Virus record (IMG/VR): IMGVR_UViG_3300036446_000010
Coordinates: 1 to 36,501 of that record
Source of the DNA: a virus
Taxonomy: Duplodnaviria > Caudoviricetes
DNA length: 36,501 bases
Direction: 5' to 3' (one strand)
Below the pieces are notes generated by a model that was not told the DNA's origin, searched no databases, and saw only the letters and a program-made list of their open reading frames with translations. Each line of letters opens with the position of its first letter. The stretch's first letter is position 1. Of this stretch, positions 17,945-27,482 are shown piece by piece. The translations under genes and the position numbers were made by a program.

Positions 17945-18220
17945 TTACGAGTTCAGCGACGGCCGGCGGGCGGTCGCCTCATCCCTCGAGAAGGTCGAAA
18001 AGCCGCACTTCTCGCAGGCCCAATGGTCCTTGCGGGCCCAGGGCTTGGAGACGAGCTCGCACTCGTCGGGATTGCAGCGGGTGGACGTGGCCGGTGCGGC
18101 GAGCGCAGCAGCGGAGGCGCGCTTGCCCCACTCGTCATTCGAGACCGCGTCGGGCTGTGCCGCGAGCGTCTTAGCGTCGGCCAAGGTCTTCTCGGCCTCC
18201 GGCGTCTCTTTCTTCGCCAT
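17945..18220 (-). CDS. Small hypothetical protein with C-terminal Cys cluster (zinc-ribbon-like)
   Basis: GAGG RBS; MAKKETPEAEK...CNPDEC...WACEKCGF. Confidence 0.6.
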   Translation of the reverse strand: MAKKETPEAEKTLADAKTLAAQPDAVSNDEWGKRASAAALAAPATSTRCNPDECELVSKPWARKDHWACEKCGFSTFSRDEATARRPSLNS

Positions 18221-18231
18221 GTCGGGTTGCC

Positions 18232-18621
18232 TCACGAGTAGTGGACGCGGAAGTCGATAGCCCGGCTGTGGACGCCGCTGGTGTCCTCGAACAGGGCCAC
18301 GTCGCTGACCGGGATGATCGCGGTGAAGAGCAGCGACTCGTAGGTGCCGCGGAACGGTTCCAGCCGTTGCAGGACGAGCTCGCCGATGTTCTCGGCCACG
18401 AGATAGGTCGGTGCCCTGCACTCGATTGACACGCGCCGCGCGGACGGCCCGCGGGTGCTGTCCAGCGTCGGCGTCAGACTGTTGGCGATGTCCTTCAGGA
18501 CGATGTGCGGGTACTCGGCGTTCTGGAGCGCCTGCTGCCAGTAGATCCGGTTGCCGACCAGAGCCTTCAGCGGCGTGTAGGTGGCCAGCATCGACCGCAG
18601 GACAGGGCTGCAAGACTTCAT
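18232..18621 (-). CDS. Tail completion/terminator protein (DUF3168-like)
   Basis: ALVGNRIY..YPHIV..RVSIEC..DFRVHY and synteny. Confidence 0.85.
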   Translation of the reverse strand: MKSCSPVLRSMLATYTPLKALVGNRIYWQQALQNAEYPHIVLKDIANSLTPTLDSTRGPSARRVSIECRAPTYLVAENIGELVLQRLEPFRGTYESLLFTAIIPVSDVALFEDTSGVHSRAIDFRVHYS

Positions 18622-19106
18622 CGCGCACGCCTCCGCCCGCCACCGCCGCTGCGAGCAGCGGATGCCATGATCACCTGGCCGATCATCGTGAAGTAGACCT
18701 TCGCGGCCTCGTCCTTGGCGTCCTCGAGAGCGGGCCGCATGAACGGGTAGCCGGGATGGCCGGGATGCATGATCCCGCCGAAGCGCCGCGGCTGCCAGTG
18801 TGCCCGCACGCTGTATTCGACGAGGTGGGCGTACTTGGACGGGAAGTAGCCCCGCACCTTGCCCGTGGTCTGACCCAGGATCGAAGCCTCGCGCCGGTCC
18901 GGGCTCTCGCCGATGGCCAGAGACTGCATCAGCGCGCCCGTCACCACCGAGCCATTCAGCTGGAGGTAGGTCTTCGCCGCTTCCTTGATCGGCTCCAGCG
19001 CGGCCTGCCGGGCCTTGCGCCTGGCCGCCGGCGTGATGGATGCCGCAGCCTGCCGGAAGGCCATGGCGAGCTCCGCCGAGCCTCGTACGCCGTACCGGGC
19101 AGCCAT
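18618..19106 (-). CDS. HK97 gp10-like neck protein
   Basis: VRGSAEL, TGALMQSL, YAHLVEY and PFMRPAL motifs. Confidence 0.85.
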   Translation of the reverse strand: MAARYGVRGSAELAMAFRQAAASITPAARRKARQAALEPIKEAAKTYLQLNGSVVTGALMQSLAIGESPDRREASILGQTTGKVRGYFPSKYAHLVEYSVRAHWQPRRFGGIMHPGHPGYPFMRPALEDAKDEAAKVYFTMIGQVIMASAARSGGGGRRRAR

Positions 19107-19459
19107 CAGACGCCGAGGCGCTTCTGGACGCCGATGCAACGGACCTGCGAGCGCTGGTTGCGATCGGCGTGGATCACGTCGATGTCGAACAGGAGCCCGT
19201 CGACCCGGAAGAGCATGGCGGTGGTCAGGACCGAGCCGCCGCTGTCCGGCTCCATCACATCCCACCAGTCGAAGCGGAAGTTCGCGGTGGGCTGGCTCAG
19301 CACCTCGGAGCCCTCGCGGGTCTCTCCACCACGAAGCGGTGTGAACTCCGCCCAGATCTGGCGCCACACCACGAACTCGGTGGATGGCTGGCCGATCGCG
19401 TCGACCGTGTCCATCCGGACGAGGATCTCGACCGGCGTGTTGCGCTTGCCCGCACGCAT
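19106..19459 (-). CDS. Head closure / head-tail adaptor
   Basis: MRAGKRN..DAIGQP..WAEFTPLRGGE. Confidence 0.88.
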   Translation of the reverse strand: MRAGKRNTPVEILVRMDTVDAIGQPSTEFVVWRQIWAEFTPLRGGETREGSEVLSQPTANFRFDWWDVMEPDSGGSVLTTAMLFRVDGLLFDIDVIHADRNQRSQVRCIGVQKRLGV

Positions 19460-20073
19460 CAGGCCGGATCCACGGAGTCGTTGAGCACCCGGTAACGGCC
19501 GGCGAAGCGCTCCATGCCGTACTCGATCTTGCGGCTCACATAGGAGACGCGCTGGTCCTCGAAGTCGGCCTCGCGGTGATCGTAGAGAGAGCCCGCCAGG
19601 AGGCGGATGGCCGCCCGGACGCCACGCGGCACGTCGGCGAGCGCCCAGCCCGCCGTGAATTGGATCTGGGCCGCCTGAGGATGATCCTCGAGCGAGGGCC
19701 AGGACTGCCCAGGGATGAGCGAGACGGTCGGCACGTGACCATTCACCGTCAGGTAGACCGTGCTCGCGACCGTCGTGTAGGCGGTCTGTGCGCTGTTGAG
19801 CGCGGAGATGCTGCCGACAGCGACCAGCGGGCCGATCGGAAGCTCGAAGGACTCAGGGAGCGTGGCGCGCTTCAGCACGTAGGTGCGCGGCAGGATGCTG
19901 CGCCGCAGCCATCCGTCGATCCCGTCGAAGTAGGCGTAAGCCGTGAGAATGCAGTCCTCGAGGAAGTCGTCTTCCATCGAGTGCGAGATGCGCTTGGACT
20001 TCTTGAGCTCCTCGACCGTGAGCAGACTGAGGATCTGCCCGTCATCGACGGTGCTGGTCGCCTGAAGGTCCAT
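19459..20073 (-). CDS. Head-tail connector (gp6-like)
   Basis: LTVEELK..DDFLEDCI and VPRGVRAAIRLLAGSLYDHRE. Confidence 0.88.
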   Translation of the reverse strand: MDLQATSTVDDGQILSLLTVEELKKSKRISHSMEDDFLEDCILTAYAYFDGIDGWLRRSILPRTYVLKRATLPESFELPIGPLVAVGSISALNSAQTAYTTVASTVYLTVNGHVPTVSLIPGQSWPSLEDHPQAAQIQFTAGWALADVPRGVRAAIRLLAGSLYDHREADFEDQRVSYVSRKIEYGMERFAGRYRVLNDSVDPA

Positions 20074-20094
20074 GGCGCTCTCCGGATGATCTGG

Positions 20095-20129
20095 GGACCG
20101 CGGCGGGGACGAGAAACCCGCCGCGGTCC
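20095..20129. other. 13-bp perfect stem-loop after the head genes (mRNA stabiliser or weak terminator)
   Basis: GGACCGCGGCGGG-9nt-CCCGCCGCGGTCC, with no U-tract on the minus strand. Confidence 0.55.
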
Positions 20130-20145
20130 TTGCTCACAAGGCCGC

Positions 20146-20637
20146 TCAGACGAGCGACTTGGAGACGGGCTGGCGCTCGGGGCCAAAGAAGACCCACGAA
20201 GCCTGCCAGACCACCGTGTCGGTGGCGGAGCGCGACAGGTCCGGCGTGATCTGGCAGCCGATGAACTCGCGGCAGGTCTCCAGATTGAAGTCGAACTCGA
20301 TCGACGACTTCGTTGCCGCACCGGAAGCCACGATCGTCGCCGGGTAGGCCACGTTCGGGTTGATGTGCGTGGCCGCGACGTCAGCCGCGCCGGCACCGCC
20401 GGACGAGGTGGCATCGCGCAGCTTCACCGCGAAGGAGAGGGATTCCGCCGCGTTGATGGCCGCGTCGAAGGTGATGACCAGCTTGGCGCTCTTGTAGACG
20501 CCGCTCGCACCCTTGCGGGACACCCATGCACCGTTGACGACGGTGTTGTCACCAGCACCGGCGGCGGTGGCAGAGCCGTTCGCCGCGTACTCAGAGCGCG
20601 CGTAGGCGCCGCCGTTCCGCTTTCCAGAGATCGACAT
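20146..20637 (-). CDS. Probable capsid decoration / structural protein
   Basis: Strong AAGGAG RBS, beta-rich small-residue sequence, two genes downstream of the capsid gene. Confidence 0.6.
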   Translation of the reverse strand: MSISGKRNGGAYARSEYAANGSATAAGAGDNTVVNGAWVSRKGASGVYKSAKLVITFDAAINAAESLSFAVKLRDATSSGGAGAADVAATHINPNVAYPATIVASGAATKSSIEFDFNLETCREFIGCQITPDLSRSATDTVVWQASWVFFGPERQPVSKSLV

Positions 20638-20648
20638 CGTGTTCTCCT

Positions 20649-21074
20649 TCAGGCCGCCGCGCGGCGCTGGATTTCAGCCTCGATGATCTCGTTCGCTTCC
20701 TCGCTGGTCGTGACGGCACGGCCCGCGATCTTCGACGCGATCATCTTGCGCTTGGTGTGGTGGAGCTCCTCCCAGCCGTCGGGGATCTCGACGGTCTGGT
20801 CGGAATCGGAGGCGTCGTCGTCGCCATCGCCGGCATCGGCATCAGCGTCGTCTTCACCAGCGGCGGCGTCATGGTCGCCGTCGCCATCATGTGCCGGGAT
20901 CGGCTCTTCTCCCGCGGGCTTGGCGGGGACGTCGTCAGGGTCGACGTATTCGGCGGCCCCCGACTCCACGATGGTCTGGGCCTGCTCAGCAGTGAACCCA
21001 GCCACGTCGTGGGTGTAGTATGCCCGCCAGGTCCGCAAGAACCTGACGGGCACGAGCCCGATTTCGGACGGCAT
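20649..21074 (-). CDS. Hypothetical head-module protein with acidic linker
   Basis: N-terminal VRFLRTW..DVAGF..GAAEY domain, D-rich linker and a small helical C-terminal domain. Confidence 0.7.
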   Translation of the reverse strand: MPSEIGLVPVRFLRTWRAYYTHDVAGFTAEQAQTIVESGAAEYVDPDDVPAKPAGEEPIPAHDGDGDHDAAAGEDDADADAGDGDDDASDSDQTVEIPDGWEELHHTKRKMIASKIAGRAVTTSEEANEIIEAEIQRRAAA

Positions 21075-21081
21075 CGCGCGC

Positions 21082-22389
21082 TTACCAGCGAACTGCGGTC
21101 AGCACGGAAACGGCCTTGAGCTGACGCAGGCCGATGTCGTGCTGGGCAGTCGCGAGGATCGCGGTCATGCCACGCTGGAAGAGCGAGATCGGCGAGGAGC
21201 CGTTCTCGATCATGCCCTCCGAGGAGGACGCCAGAGTGATCGGGCCAGCCTCGCCGAACAGGACGTGCTGGAAGCCGATGAACGCGATGAAGGTCTCGTC
21301 CGTGCCGCCTCCCAGGTTGGTCGGCAGGTTGGTCGTGACCAGGACCGGGAAGCCCTTGAACGTCGGGTTGGCACCCTGGAGCGAGGGATAGGCCAGGTTG
21401 CCGTTGCCGTCGCGAATGTCCTGCAAGTAGCCGAACGAGCGCTGCGACATGACCCACTTCGCCGAATTGGCCGGGACGTAGTTGAGCAGCAGGCCGTTCA
21501 TGCACTTGCGGGCATCGGAGTCGATGTTCGCGATGGTCGGCGTGGTCGAGTTGACCGCGGGATTGGACGTGATGCCGGCCACGTTGAACAGGCCGAGCGG
21601 GTTGCCCTGGAGACCGTCACCGCGGAACATCGCGGTGTCCATCTTCTCGGACATGGCCGCCACCAGGTCGCTCGTGACGAACGACTGTGCAGAGGCCAGC
21701 GACCAGTTGAGGAAGTCGTTCGTGACCGGGACGATCGCCTTGAGGGTCTTGGCGGTCATCTCGATCGAACCGAACGTCGGCTCGGTGCGGGCGGCAGGCT
21801 CGGCCTCGGACGAGTACGAGGCGGAGGAGCCGGAGACCGCGCGCGGCATCTTGAAGGAGCCGTTCGGCATCTCGATGCGCGTCGGGCCGCCCTGGAGAAA
21901 GACCGTATTCGGCCGCAGGAGCTCGACGAGCTCGGACGACACCGGCGTCGGCACAACGATGCCGCCGGCGGCCGCGTTCGAGACGTTGAGCGTCTTGCGG
22001 AAGGTCGAGATCTCCTTGGCGAGATCGCCGTAGCCCATCTCTTCCATATAGTGGAGGGCGTTGCCGCCACCTTCCGACTTGGCCTTCAGGAGGCTGAGGC
22101 ACATGATGCCCAGCTTCTCGGTGGCCTTGAGATCCTTCTTGACCTCGGCGTGCAGGACAGTCGCCTCCTGCGTAGCCGTGGCAGGCACCGCGGCCGCAGC
22201 CTTGGAAACGGCAACGCGCTCCAGGGCCTTGATCTCGCGCTCGATGGTCTCGACCTCCTTGGCGGTCGCCTCGAGGCCGTCGAGCTCCTCCACGGTCAGG
22301 CGGCGGCTTTCCGCCGATGCCTTGGACACGATCTGCTCACTCGCCCCGGTGAGTTCCTTCAGGCGAGCGCGAAGCTGCTCCAGCGTCAT
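21082..22389 (-). CDS. Major capsid protein, HK97 family
   Basis: N-terminal coiled-coil delta domain; GGIVVP, GDG..NPLGL, DGNGN and GFPV motifs. Confidence 0.96.
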   Translation of the reverse strand: MTLEQLRARLKELTGASEQIVSKASAESRRLTVEELDGLEATAKEVETIEREIKALERVAVSKAAAAVPATATQEATVLHAEVKKDLKATEKLGIMCLSLLKAKSEGGGNALHYMEEMGYGDLAKEISTFRKTLNVSNAAAGGIVVPTPVSSELVELLRPNTVFLQGGPTRIEMPNGSFKMPRAVSGSSASYSSEAEPAARTEPTFGSIEMTAKTLKAIVPVTNDFLNWSLASAQSFVTSDLVAAMSEKMDTAMFRGDGLQGNPLGLFNVAGITSNPAVNSTTPTIANIDSDARKCMNGLLLNYVPANSAKWVMSQRSFGYLQDIRDGNGNLAYPSLQGANPTFKGFPVLVTTNLPTNLGGGTDETFIAFIGFQHVLFGEAGPITLASSSEGMIENGSSPISLFQRGMTAILATAQHDIGLRQLKAVSVLTAVRW

Positions 22390-22497
22390 TTTAATCTCCG
22401 ATGCTGCTGGGGTTGCGCTAAAGCGAAAGGGCCCCCGACATGGGAGCCCCAGGCTTCGCCCCTCGCGGGGCGGTTCATCCCTTGCGGGAATTGGTTG

Positions 22498-23367
22498 TCA
22501 GGCGGCGCGCGCCTTGACCGCGGCGATCTTCGCCATGGCCTTGGCGGCCCGGTCATCGATCTCCTCGTCGGAGATGGCCGGAGCCTTCTCCTCGACCTTC
22601 TCGACCGACTTCTCCTCGGTCTTCTTGATGCCGAAGGCCGCCTTGATCCGCTCGACCAGCGAGGCCTCGCGGCGCTCGACGATCTCCTCGACGATCTCCT
22701 CGGTGGTCTTCGGAGCGATGCGCTCCACCACCGTCTTGTAGGTGCGCTCGTACTCGGCGCGCGGGACCAGCAGGCCATCGGGCGTCTTCGCCCAGGTGTC
22801 GAGCACCTCCTCGAGGAGCTCCTTGGCCAGCCGCATGTCGCCGTCGGCTGACTTCACCAGCGCGCCAGGATTCGACGGGATCGGCACCACCGAGCACTCG
22901 ACCAATTCACATGCCCGGATCTCGTAGGACCAGGTCGGCGTCCCGTCTTCCATGGTCCGGATCGCGATGTCCTTCGGGATGAACCCGATGGAGCAGGCGC
23001 GCATGACGCCCGACTTCACCATCGCCGCCATCTTGTCGGCCGTCTCGTCGACGCCCGCATCCAGGAAGGTCAGCACCCCGTCCAGCTGCGCCGGGCCCTT
23101 GGTCAGGTCGCCCCACGTGCCGATCGGGAAGTCGCGGCTCTTGTGGAAGGGAAGCGCCACCGGGTTCTTCATGAACTCGGTGATGTCGATGCCGGCCGTG
23201 AAGACGATGTCGCCGTCCCGGTCCTCCTGCTGCGTCGACATGGTGAACGTCGCCGACCGGTTGTTGTCCGACCAGCTGGCAGGTGCCTTGGACGCCTTGT
23301 GGAAGCGGCCGTCCGGCGACCCGCGCTTGGACAGGAACTCGTCGACGGAGATGGTGCGCTCGGGCAT
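22498..23367 (-). CDS. HK97-family prohead protease
   Basis: DRDGDIV, NPVALPFH, CSIGF and ECSVVPIPSNPGA motifs. Confidence 0.94.
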   Translation of the reverse strand: MPERTISVDEFLSKRGSPDGRFHKASKAPASWSDNNRSATFTMSTQQEDRDGDIVFTAGIDITEFMKNPVALPFHKSRDFPIGTWGDLTKGPAQLDGVLTFLDAGVDETADKMAAMVKSGVMRACSIGFIPKDIAIRTMEDGTPTWSYEIRACELVECSVVPIPSNPGALVKSADGDMRLAKELLEEVLDTWAKTPDGLLVPRAEYERTYKTVVERIAPKTTEEIVEEIVERREASLVERIKAAFGIKKTEEKSVEKVEEKAPAISDEEIDDRAAKAMAKIAAVKARAA

Positions 23368-23374
23368 CGGTGCC

Positions 23375-24793
23375 TCACTTCTTGAGCAGGAGGAGCTTCG
23401 CGGGCTCCTTCGGCGGGGTGGCAGGCTGCTGCCCCGGATCGGCGCTCTGGCCGCCGCCGGCGTTGTCTTCCGGCGCTCCGGCCTGGCCTTCCATGACGGG
23501 ATCGTTCTTCTCGTCGACGAGGGTGATGTTGACCGGGATCGCGCGGACCTTGCCGGAGTCGTTCGGAAGCGGGTCGTAGTCGCCGAGCTCCCGGCGGGCC
23601 TCGTCCAGCGTCAGGGCCCCCGCCTGGACGCCGATCTTCGCGATCTCGGCGCGGGTCTTGACGTCCACCGCCGCCATCTCGCTGCGATCGAACTCGAAGC
23701 AGTATTCCAGCCGCTCGTCCTCGGTCAGGAGCGCGCGGGCGAAGGCCGCCTCGATGCGCTTGGCCGTCGGGACCAGGCTGTCGGACACGTAGGTCCGCTC
23801 GGCCGCGTCCATGTTCTCGTACTTCACCGCGTCGAAGTGCATCAGCTTGTGCGGCGGCATCCGGAAGAGCCGGGACACCTCGCTGATGGCGTTCTTGGCA
23901 GCGACCGCGACTTCGCTGTCCTTGGCCGTCATGGACAGGGTCTGCACGGTGGTGCCGTTCTCGAGCACCAGCGGCGACTCGCCCGACAACGCCTTGTTGA
24001 GCATCTCACGGAACTGCGAGCGCAGCCGGGCGAACTGAGGCTCGGAGAGCTCAGCGTCCTCCGAGAGCGAGAAAGCCACCGACTGACGCGCGCCCTGCTG
24101 GAAGAGGTTCCGCTGGTAGTCAGAGATCGCCTTGGCGGCGTCGAGCGAGTCCGCGCCGGCAGCCAGGGTCGAGTAGCCGTTCACGCCGTCCAGGAGCCTG
24201 CCGCGGATGTGCAGCATCTGCTCCGAACGCAGCCGCGGCCCGAAGTCGGAGAGGATCGCCTCCTCGAAGGAGTTCGACCGTGCCACGTCGTAGAAGAGCT
24301 CGCCGGTCTGCTTGTAGACGAGCGTGGTCACGCGCGACGGAATGATCGGGATCAGCGCCCGCAGGTCGCCGCGGTATGTGATCCGCTTGGCCACGAAGGC
24401 ATTCTGGGTGGCCGCGAAGTAGCGGATCGTCATGTCCCAGAAGTCCGCCCACGTGTGATAGGCGTTCGGGTCGAGGGCCAGCATCCGAGAGATCGGGTGG
24501 TCCTTCGGCTTCACCTCTTCCCGGCGGTCGTCATCGACCTTCTTGAACATCCGGAAGGTGGCCTTCCCAATGTCCTGGGCGATGACATCGCAGGCGAGGA
24601 GGAAGGCGCTGTTGCGCAGCGCCTCCTGCATCGTCGCAGGCCGCGACAGGCCGGACTTGCCCAGCAGATCCGCAAGGGTCTGCCAGGAGCCGCCAGGGCC
24701 GGACCACGTCGAGATGACGGTGTCCTTGGCCCGGGCGGGGACCGAAGCCTCGGGAGCACCCGAGACCTTATGCCTGCTGCGGCGGCGGCTCAT
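23375..24793 (-). CDS. Portal protein, HK97 family
   Basis: ACDVIAQDIG, DPNAYHT, MLHIRG, FRMPPHKL and TLDEARRELG motifs. Confidence 0.95.
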   Translation of the reverse strand: MSRRRSRHKVSGAPEASVPARAKDTVISTWSGPGGSWQTLADLLGKSGLSRPATMQEALRNSAFLLACDVIAQDIGKATFRMFKKVDDDRREEVKPKDHPISRMLALDPNAYHTWADFWDMTIRYFAATQNAFVAKRITYRGDLRALIPIIPSRVTTLVYKQTGELFYDVARSNSFEEAILSDFGPRLRSEQMLHIRGRLLDGVNGYSTLAAGADSLDAAKAISDYQRNLFQQGARQSVAFSLSEDAELSEPQFARLRSQFREMLNKALSGESPLVLENGTTVQTLSMTAKDSEVAVAAKNAISEVSRLFRMPPHKLMHFDAVKYENMDAAERTYVSDSLVPTAKRIEAAFARALLTEDERLEYCFEFDRSEMAAVDVKTRAEIAKIGVQAGALTLDEARRELGDYDPLPNDSGKVRAIPVNITLVDEKNDPVMEGQAGAPEDNAGGGQSADPGQQPATPPKEPAKLLLLKK

Positions 24794-24803
24794 CGGACCG
24801 ACC

Positions 24804-25181
24804 TCAGAGGACGATCTTGATGGGCACCATCAGCAGCGCCACGTTGTGCGAAGTGTAGGTGAACTGGAGCTTGCCGTTCGCGTCCATGTACGCCGAAAGC
24901 TCGTCCTTATCGAGCTTGAAGAAGCCCCAGCCGCCGTTGGCCGCGACCGTGATTGACTGGTTCGGCTTGGTCATCTTGCCGAAGCCGGGAATGACCTGCG
25001 TGCCAGCCTGCCCGACCAGCGTCACCGGGATGGCGACGGTGTGGCCGTTGCGGAAGGCGATCAGGTAGGCCGAGCCGTCGTTGAGGACGGGCACGGCGTC
25101 GCCGCCGGCAGCCGTCGCCGTGGAGCCAGCAGCGGCAAGGAGGCCCGACTCGTCGGGAAGAAGGGCGGTTATGTCAGCCAT
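24804..25181 (-). CDS. Hypothetical (probable virion) protein between terL and portal
   Basis: GAGG RBS, beta-rich, co-oriented and tightly packed. Confidence 0.7.
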   Translation of the reverse strand: MADITALLPDESGLLAAAGSTATAAGGDAVPVLNDGSAYLIAFRNGHTVAIPVTLVGQAGTQVIPGFGKMTKPNQSITVAANGGWGFFKLDKDELSAYMDANGKLQFTYTSHNVALLMVPIKIVL

Positions 25182-25185
25182 GGGG

Positions 25186-27030
25186 TCAACCTCTCTGCTG
25201 GGGCTCGGAGGCGCCGTGGACGCCTCGTTGGGTGTAGACGTGCAGCCGCTCTTTCTTCTTGTCCGGCTTCTTGCCCTGGAGGCGGCAGCCGTTCGCGAAG
25301 ACGAGGGCGTGGATCCCGTCGATTTTGTGCTTCGAGTTCGGCGCGTCCTTCTTCGGCAGCACGTTGCCCTTCTGGTCGCGGTAGGCGACCACGTTCATGG
25401 CGTGCCACTCGAGGACAGGGTTGCCGTCGTGCCGGAGCGTCTCGGTCGACACCCGCGCCACGAAGTCGTCGGTCGGCTCGGTCATGTTCCGCGCCGAGTT
25501 GGCGAAGAGCACCACGTTGATGCCCGTTTTCGCCAGGTTCTGAGCCAGCTGCTGCGCCTGGTAGGGATCGAAGGCCACCACCTCGACGTCGAAGAACTTC
25601 GCGTCCTCCCGGATGTCAGCCTCGATCACGTCGAAGTCGATCATCCCGGGCCCGGTCTCGATCACGTGCCCGGCCTTCATCCAGGCCTGATACATGCCGG
25701 TCAAATCCGGATCCAGGAGCGCAGGGCAATCGCTTGGGATGTAGAAGCGCGGGAAGACGCAGATGTCCTCGCCGTCCTCCACGATCACCACCGTCGCCGC
25801 CATGTCCCGCCGGCTGGCCAGGTCGACGCCGATCCAGACCTTGCGGCCGCGGAAGGCATCGATGTCCAGTTTCGGGTCGACGCAGGCCGCCCAGCTGCCC
25901 GGCTCGACCAGCCGCGCACCCGCATTCGACCAAACGTTGAGGCGCGTGCGGAGGAACTCCGCCTGCGCGCTCGGGTTGTTCAGCGCCTTCGAGACGTCCT
26001 CCCGGACCTTCTCAGGCGAGACCGAGACGCCCCACATCGGGTTGGCCTTGATCCAGGTCTTCTCGACCCAGAGGTCGTCGTCCTTGTCGACCGTGTAGAT
26101 GATGGCGAAGAGGTCGTCCTGGCGATGCAGGCCCTCCAGCACCCTCTCCGCAGCCTTGATCTGGTCCCAGCAGATCCCGGCAGCCACACGGCCGGCCGTC
26201 GTGATCTTGAACAGCAACGGGTTCTCACGCGCGGCCTGCGAAGAGCTCATCACATGGAAGAGGCCCTCCTCCTGCGCATGGAGCTCCTCGAGGATGACCA
26301 TGTGCGGGTTGTGGCCGTCCTGCGTCTCCGCAACCTGTGTGATCAGCTGCACCTCGCCGAGCGTGGCCGAGCAGCGGATCTTCTTCGTCAGATCCTTGAG
26401 ACCGAAGGCCTCCGCCAGCAGCGGCTCCTTCTTGATCATCTTCACCATCGGATCGAAGACCTTGCGGGCCTGATCCACGGTGCGGGCGCCGATATAGATC
26501 GACGGGCCGTCCTCACCCTCGCACGTCAGCGCGTAGTGCCCGAGACCCGCCGTCAGCAGGCTCTTGCCGCTCTTGCGCGGGATGACGACCAGGACGTCGC
26601 GGACCAGCCGGACACCCGAGCCGTTGCGCCGGAACCCGTAGATCGCCGACACCACGAAGCACTGCCAAGGCTCGAGCCGGACCGGACCGGACCTCGTCCA
26701 CTGCGAGCCCTCGACGTGCGGCAGCTTCTCCAGGAAGGAGCACACGTCGACCACATGGGCCGGCGACCAGTGGAAGCTCGCCGCCGCGGTGCCCGCGATC
26801 CGGCGCATCTCCAGGTATCGCTCTGCCGCCAGCTTCACCCACCGGCAGGCAGGCTCCAGCCCGTCCACCAGCCGCTTGGCATGGTCGAGCGCGATGCCGC
26901 AGAAGTCGGTGAACTCCTCGGTGACGCCCGGCGAGACCTCGATGGGAACCCGCGGCCAGAACTCGTAGTCCGCCCGGCTCGTCCGCCCCTTCGTCCCGGG
27001 CGTCTTGCCCAACGTCCTCTTGCGAGCCAT
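25186..27030 (-). CDS. terL: Terminase large subunit
   Basis: LEPWQ, Walker A IPRKSGKS, Walker B-like ILEELH, ITTAG, GVDLAS, FDPY and KIDG motifs. Confidence 0.96.
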   Translation of the reverse strand: MARKRTLGKTPGTKGRTSRADYEFWPRVPIEVSPGVTEEFTDFCGIALDHAKRLVDGLEPACRWVKLAAERYLEMRRIAGTAAASFHWSPAHVVDVCSFLEKLPHVEGSQWTRSGPVRLEPWQCFVVSAIYGFRRNGSGVRLVRDVLVVIPRKSGKSLLTAGLGHYALTCEGEDGPSIYIGARTVDQARKVFDPMVKMIKKEPLLAEAFGLKDLTKKIRCSATLGEVQLITQVAETQDGHNPHMVILEELHAQEEGLFHVMSSSQAARENPLLFKITTAGRVAAGICWDQIKAAERVLEGLHRQDDLFAIIYTVDKDDDLWVEKTWIKANPMWGVSVSPEKVREDVSKALNNPSAQAEFLRTRLNVWSNAGARLVEPGSWAACVDPKLDIDAFRGRKVWIGVDLASRRDMAATVVIVEDGEDICVFPRFYIPSDCPALLDPDLTGMYQAWMKAGHVIETGPGMIDFDVIEADIREDAKFFDVEVVAFDPYQAQQLAQNLAKTGINVVLFANSARNMTEPTDDFVARVSTETLRHDGNPVLEWHAMNVVAYRDQKGNVLPKKDAPNSKHKIDGIHALVFANGCRLQGKKPDKKKERLHVYTQRGVHGASEPQQRG

Positions 27031-27473
27031 CAGCGGCGCCGGGCGGCGAACCCGTTGGACAGAAACTTGTTCTCCTGGCCCTTGACCGACGAGCCGTTGA
27101 AGGCCCGGTCGACGCTTTCGCGCTCGAGCTCGGCAATCGACGTCATCAGCCGCGAAGGCAGACCAGCCGGCACCCGCATGCCGCTCGCCATCTTGTTGCG
27201 GAGATCCTCCATCCCAGCAGCAAGGATTTCCACTTTCATGTGGGTCAGCATCGTCAGCCGACCCTGCTCATGAAGCGTGCGGATCAAGCGATCGTAGGTC
27301 TGTTGTCCGATACCGCCGGGCTCCAGCGGAAACCGGCACTCCGGGATCTCTTGCAGAGTCGGAAACGCGACAACCGTCTGCCCGGAACGCTCCGCGCGCG
27401 CCTCTTCGGAATAGCGCGGATCGAATGTGCCCTTGGCGAGCTTCGCAGCGTCTGTGAGTGCAGGACGGCCCAT
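27030..27473 (-). CDS. terS: Terminase small subunit
   Basis: P27-type N-terminus MGRPALTDAAKLAKGT; coupled to terL. Confidence 0.8.
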   Translation of the reverse strand: MGRPALTDAAKLAKGTFDPRYSEEARAERSGQTVVAFPTLQEIPECRFPLEPGGIGQQTYDRLIRTLHEQGRLTMLTHMKVEILAAGMEDLRNKMASGMRVPAGLPSRLMTSIAELERESVDRAFNGSSVKGQENKFLSNGFAARRR

Positions 27474-27482
27474 AACGCAACC

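Noticed and set aside
17945-19367. Long N-terminal extensions of ORF-track calls (17945..18643, 18618..19367; likewise 29120..29878, 30805..31530, 10338..10913, 4443..5045)
   Set aside because: The extensions overlap neighbouring real genes; internal ATGs with an RBS or stop/start coupling give better starts.
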